From the NCBI GenBank assembly GCA_963674965.2, contig CAXXFL010000005.1, forward strand, positions 96,001-160,000: 64,000 nucleotides of DNA, in the 5' to 3' direction. Under the pieces are notes generated by a model. It saw only the letters and a program-made list of their open reading frames with translations. It was not told the origin of the DNA and searched no databases. The DNA comes from a bacterium. Lineage in GTDB: Bacteria; RBG-13-61-14; DATKZS01. This document shows positions 60,445-64,000 of this stretch, piece by piece (position 1 is the stretch's first letter; the number at the start of each line of letters is the position of its first letter). Position numbers and translations under genes: made by a program.

Positions 60445-61017
60445 ATGAATAAGTACGAGACTTTGTTCATTATCAAGCCCGACCTGACCGACGAGGAGGT
60501 CGAGGCGGTACTTGACCGCCTCAAGACCCGCATCGAGAGGGTGGAGGGAAAACTGGCGTCGATCGATTACTGGGGACGCAGAAGACTGGCCTACCCCATC
60601 CGCTACCGGGGCGAGAAGCTTTTCAAGGGCTTTTACGTCCTTATCACCTACGTGGGAGACGGGACGGCGGTCGAGGAAGTAGAGAGAAACATTAAGATTC
60701 TTGACCCGACCTTCCGGTACCTGACCGTAAAGCTCGAGGACGAGGTCGACCCGTCCGCCATCACCGAGGTCGAGGTGAGCAAGAAAGAGGAGGAGGAGGA
60801 GTACGTCGAATCCGAGCGTCGCGAATACGGCGACGACGGGGACAGGGACGAAGGCTATGAAGAAGCCGGAGATGAGGATGAGGAAGACGACGCCTCGGAG
60901 AGCGAGGAAAACGAGGATGCCGAGCCTTCCCCCCCCGAGTCCGAGGAGAAAGAGGAAACGTCGGCCGACGAAAATGACGAAAACGGGGACGAGACCTCCG
61001 AGGGAGACAAGGAGTAA
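60445..61017 (+). CDS. rpsF: 30S ribosomal protein S6 with long acidic C-terminal extension
   Basis: YETLFIIKPDL, WGRRRLAYPI, GFYVL, RYLTVK; about 90-aa Asp/Glu-rich tail. Confidence 0.95.
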   Translation: MNKYETLFIIKPDLTDEEVEAVLDRLKTRIERVEGKLASIDYWGRRRLAYPIRYRGEKLFKGFYVLITYVGDGTAVEEVERNIKILDPTFRYLTVKLEDEVDPSAITEVEVSKKEEEEEYVESERREYGDDGDRDEGYEEAGDEDEEDDASESEENEDAEPSPPESEEKEETSADENDENGDETSEGDKE

Positions 61018-61020
61018 GTC

Positions 61021-61320
61021 ATGGCTTTTGGAAAATCAGGCGGAAAACCGGGACCGAGAAGAGGCGGAAAACACGGGAAAAGGCAGTTCGCCAAGCGCAA
61101 AGTCTGCCGTTTCTGCGTCGATGGAACCGATATCGACTACAAGGACACTAAGTTATTGAACCATTTCGTTACCGAGCGCGGGAAAATAGTTCCCCGCCGC
61201 ATAACCGGCACCTGCGCCAAGCATCAACGCCAGCTCGGGCTGGCCATAAAGAGGGCCAGGTACGTGGCCCTGATACCCTTCGGGCCGCCCCAGTGGGAAG
61301 AGGTGAGGAGGGACTACTGA
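61021..61320 (+). CDS. rpsR: 30S ribosomal protein S18 (zinc-binding C+ form)
   Basis: [36 protein letters not shown]. Confidence 0.97.
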   Translation: MAFGKSGGKPGPRRGGKHGKRQFAKRKVCRFCVDGTDIDYKDTKLLNHFVTERGKIVPRRITGTCAKHQRQLGLAIKRARYVALIPFGPPQWEEVRRDY

Positions 61321-61763
61321 TGAAGGTAATCCTGAGAGAGGACGTGGAAAGCCTCGGCAAGAGCGGGGCCGTGGTTACGGTCAAGGACGGCTACGGCCGT
61401 AATTATCTTATTCCCAAGGCCCTGGCGGTCGAGGCCACCAGGAAGAACATGAAGCAGCTCGACCACGAGAAGCGCGTGATCGGCGACCTTCAGAAGAAGA
61501 AACGTGGTAACGCCGAAAAGCTGGCCCTTGCCCTGGGCGATCATTCATGCACCATTCCCTGCCAGGCGGGCGAGGAGGACAAGATTTTCGGCTCCGTGGG
61601 CAGGCGCGACATTGCCGAGCAGCTTAGAAGGGACGGCTTCAACGTTGACAGAAGACAACTTCTCCTCGAGGAGCCGCTCAAGAGGCTGGGCGTATACACG
61701 GTCCCGGTCAGGCTCGAGGAGGGAGTCGAGGCCGAGATCAAGGTCTGGCTGGTCAGGAAATAA
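61320..61763 (+). CDS. rplI: 50S ribosomal protein L9
   Basis: [43 protein letters not shown] overlap with rpsR. Confidence 0.97.
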   Translation: MKVILREDVESLGKSGAVVTVKDGYGRNYLIPKALAVEATRKNMKQLDHEKRVIGDLQKKKRGNAEKLALALGDHSCTIPCQAGEEDKIFGSVGRRDIAEQLRRDGFNVDRRQLLLEEPLKRLGVYTVPVRLEEGVEAEIKVWLVRK

Positions 61764-61792
61764 AAAACTCGTTCGTTCCTCGGGGGTGTCAT

Positions 61793-62536
61793 ATGGCTAA
61801 AAAAATACTGATTGCCTTGGCCCTTTCCTTCCTGGCCCTCGCGGGCTGCGATTACGGAAGCCCCGACGTAACGGGCGAGCCCAATACCGACGGGCGATCC
61901 GCCGTCCTTCTTCCCCCCGGCTTTCCGGGCGCGGTCGAGGACGGCGTTCTCGTTCTGGACGCGGAGGAGGAGGCCCCGGCGATAAGGTTCGCCAATTGCT
62001 TCGCGGGGGTGGACAACGTGGGCGATTTCGGGATCGGCGGCTGCGCCGGCTGCTCTTTGGACTTCGTTCCCTCTTTCACCATCCCGGTCAACCTCAACCT
62101 GGGGGCCTCGGTCCTGGGGTCTTACAAGGTCCAGATAACTTCCTCGGACCCGTCTTTGCAGATCGTCAAGGACGGGATTTCCGGGAGCCAGTCCAAGCTC
62201 TCCGACGGTTGTCTGCAAAGGGATTGCCCCTCCATATGCGCGAACAATCCCGACATGTATCCTCCCCAGTTCGAGAGGGCCTACGGGTTCGAGGACGATC
62301 CCGCCGCGACGGGCGACTCGGTCACGGTCACGGTCGAGGACGACGCCGACCTGGGCTCGAGCCCGACCGCGGGGGTGGTAAACCTTTTCAACGTGCCCGT
62401 AAAGATCGTCTCCGAGCTTCCCGAGGACGGCGTCGAGCTGACCTTCACGATCCTCGAGTTAAAGGACCCCCTGGGAACGGACCTGACCGCCTCCAAGCTG
62501 GACGGCGTGGTCATCGAGAAGTTCCAGCTTCAATAA
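61793..62536 (+). CDS. Lipoprotein with cohesin-like beta-sandwich and Cys-rich inserts
   Basis: Lipobox LAGC; FTIPVNLNLG..VLGSYKVQIT..DPSLQIV and GVVNLFNV...LTFTILELKD recall cohesin/CBM-type strands. Confidence 0.6.
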   Translation: MAKKILIALALSFLALAGCDYGSPDVTGEPNTDGRSAVLLPPGFPGAVEDGVLVLDAEEEAPAIRFANCFAGVDNVGDFGIGGCAGCSLDFVPSFTIPVNLNLGASVLGSYKVQITSSDPSLQIVKDGISGSQSKLSDGCLQRDCPSICANNPDMYPPQFERAYGFEDDPAATGDSVTVTVEDDADLGSSPTAGVVNLFNVPVKIVSELPEDGVELTFTILELKDPLGTDLTASKLDGVVIEKFQLQ

Positions 62537-62563
62537 ACGCCCGGTACGCCCGGCGGAGAGACC

Positions 62564-63205
62564 ATGGACCGGGACCTCTTATTCTTGCGCGCCGCGTTTT
62601 ATTACAACAAGGCGCGCTTTTCCTATCTGTCGGCCAAGCTTAAAGACCGCGTTTTTTTCGGGCCCGGCTGCGACGTCTGGGTGGGGTCTTTTCGTTTCAT
62701 CGGCCAGGGCGAGGCCGCGTTCGGCGAGGGCTGCGTGGTCGAGAGGTCGAGCCTGCCCTTTCATCTCGAGGTGGAAAAAGGGGGAAGGGTAGAATTGGCT
62801 CCCCGCCTGTGGGTGCGGGGAAAATACCGGCCCAACGTCATCACCTGCTTCGAGGGGGCCAGGATCGAGATCGGGGAGGACTCCCTTTTAAACGGGACTA
62901 TCATATCGTCCAGGTCCTCCGTAATCATCGGCAGACGGGCCTGTTTGAGCTGGGATACCGCCATTTTGGACTCGAGCCAGCACCCGATTTCCAACCTCGA
63001 GCCCATGGTGATAAAGCCCGTCAGGTTGGGAGACAACGTGCTGATCGGCACGGGCGTAAAAATCATGCCCGGGGCCGAGATCGGATCGAACTCGCTGATC
63101 GGGGCCTCGAGCGTGGTCACGGGGACGATTCCGCCCAACAGCCTCGCCGCCGGCGTTCCCGCCAGGGTGATGAGGCGGATAGACGACCGGGACCTGTGTC
63201 ATTGA
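62564..63205 (+). CDS. Hexapeptide-repeat acyltransferase (maltose/galactoside O-acetyltransferase-like)
   Basis: IEIGEDS, IIGRR, ILDSSQH, PVRLGDNVLIG....IMPGAEIG..SLIGASSVV, AAGVPARV. Confidence 0.87.
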   Translation: MDRDLLFLRAAFYYNKARFSYLSAKLKDRVFFGPGCDVWVGSFRFIGQGEAAFGEGCVVERSSLPFHLEVEKGGRVELAPRLWVRGKYRPNVITCFEGARIEIGEDSLLNGTIISSRSSVIIGRRACLSWDTAILDSSQHPISNLEPMVIKPVRLGDNVLIGTGVKIMPGAEIGSNSLIGASSVVTGTIPPNSLAAGVPARVMRRIDDRDLCH

Positions 63206-63341
63206 ACCAGGTCGCGTCTTATGGTTGGCCGCAAGAAAATCGTAAATTTTGCCATGGCGTTTTTCATTTCAGGTATAATACTATTAGGTAGCGCGTATTT
63301 CATCGGGCAAGACGCCCTGAAAAATGAAAGGAGGTTCGGTC

Positions 63342-63770
63342 ATGCCCTATTGTCCGAATTGCGGTTACGAGTATGAGGAAGGGATCGAGATGTGCCCGGA
63401 CTGTGAAGTGGAGACGGTGGAGTATCTCTCGGAGGACCATTTCAGCGGCGAGATGGTCGAGGTATTCAGTTCCTACTCCGTTTCCGAGGCGGGCATGGTC
63501 AAGGAACTTCTTTACAACGAGGGGATTTTTTCGGCCATTTCCAACGAGTTTGGGGCCTCGATGCTTGGCAGCGCCTCGGCGGACATATCCGAGGTCAAGG
63601 TCTTTGTGGGCGATGAGGATGAGGAAAAAGCCCGTGAACTGATCGAGGCCTATATCGAGGAAAATCCTTTGGATGAAAAAGAAGATTTTATAATTTGCAG
63701 CCACTGCGGACAGAAAGTCGACGAGGGTTCCGAGAACTGTCCCTATTGCGGGGAGCCCTTCGAGGATTGA
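63342..63770 (+). CDS. DUF2007-like (PII-like) domain protein with N- and C-terminal zinc ribbons
   Basis: MPYCPNCGYEY....EMCPDC; EA.MVK.LL..EGI...VKVFV...DEEKARELI; CSHCG......CPYCG. Confidence 0.8.
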   Translation: MPYCPNCGYEYEEGIEMCPDCEVETVEYLSEDHFSGEMVEVFSSYSVSEAGMVKELLYNEGIFSAISNEFGASMLGSASADISEVKVFVGDEDEEKARELIEAYIEENPLDEKEDFIICSHCGQKVDEGSENCPYCGEPFED

Positions 63771-64000
63771 AGTCCTCTCGATATCCGCCGCTCGGCCTTC
63801 CCGGCGCCCAAGGGCCCGGTTCAGGTCCGGGCGGTTTGAGTCCGGGCGGTTTCTTGACCCGCGCGCTTACCGGATGTAAAGTATTCCAAAAGGGACGTGA
63901 CACGGAGGTATGTCGGCCCCTCGCGGACGCCGGGCTTTCGGAGGTTAAGTATTTTCGTGAATCCGGGAAGTTAGGCCACGCCGCGAAATAGCGCAGAATC

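Noticed and set aside
63770-64000. Short direct repeat GTCCGGGCGGTTT x2 and open frames at the right edge
   Set aside because: Only two copies and no recognisable protein; cannot be interpreted without sequence beyond the window

Overview
GC-rich bacterial chromosome segment, probably from an anaerobic diderm of deltaproteobacterial type (inferred from gene content and order, not tested). Housekeeping blocks are mreBCD-mrdA (minus strand, left edge), trpE, an IlvD-family dehydratase, ligA-acylphosphatase-FmdB-dNK-panBCD and rpsF-rpsR-rplI. The accessory region between them includes a FadL-like outer-membrane barrel paired with a 1534-aa lipoprotein, a secreted GH127, a Tat sulfatase and a beta-barrel behind a sigma54-like promoter. 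It also holds an aspA-hydF pair without hydE/hydG that runs into a truncated Fe-S gene, a partly decayed surface-glycan locus (pglC/D/E-like, GT4, GT9, Wzy/WaaL, a methyltransferase pseudogene), a TolC-MFP-RND-DUF2892 module, a stand-alone ACS-beta (CdhC) N-domain protein, a REPIN/MITE-like palindromic element and two tandem paralogous membrane proteins. Two cis-regulatory RNAs are supported by the sequence: a pan-motif-like leader with terminator/antiterminator before panB and an S6:S18-type leader before rpsF. The best candidate for an undescribed system is the FadL-like barrel plus giant lipoprotein, which has about 10 copies of a Gx(D/N)G...GDD repeat, a split beta-propeller and a Cys-TM-basic C-terminal tail. 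No CRISPR array, rRNA, tRNA, integrase or transposase was recognised. All family calls come from motif recognition by eye; no database searches were run.
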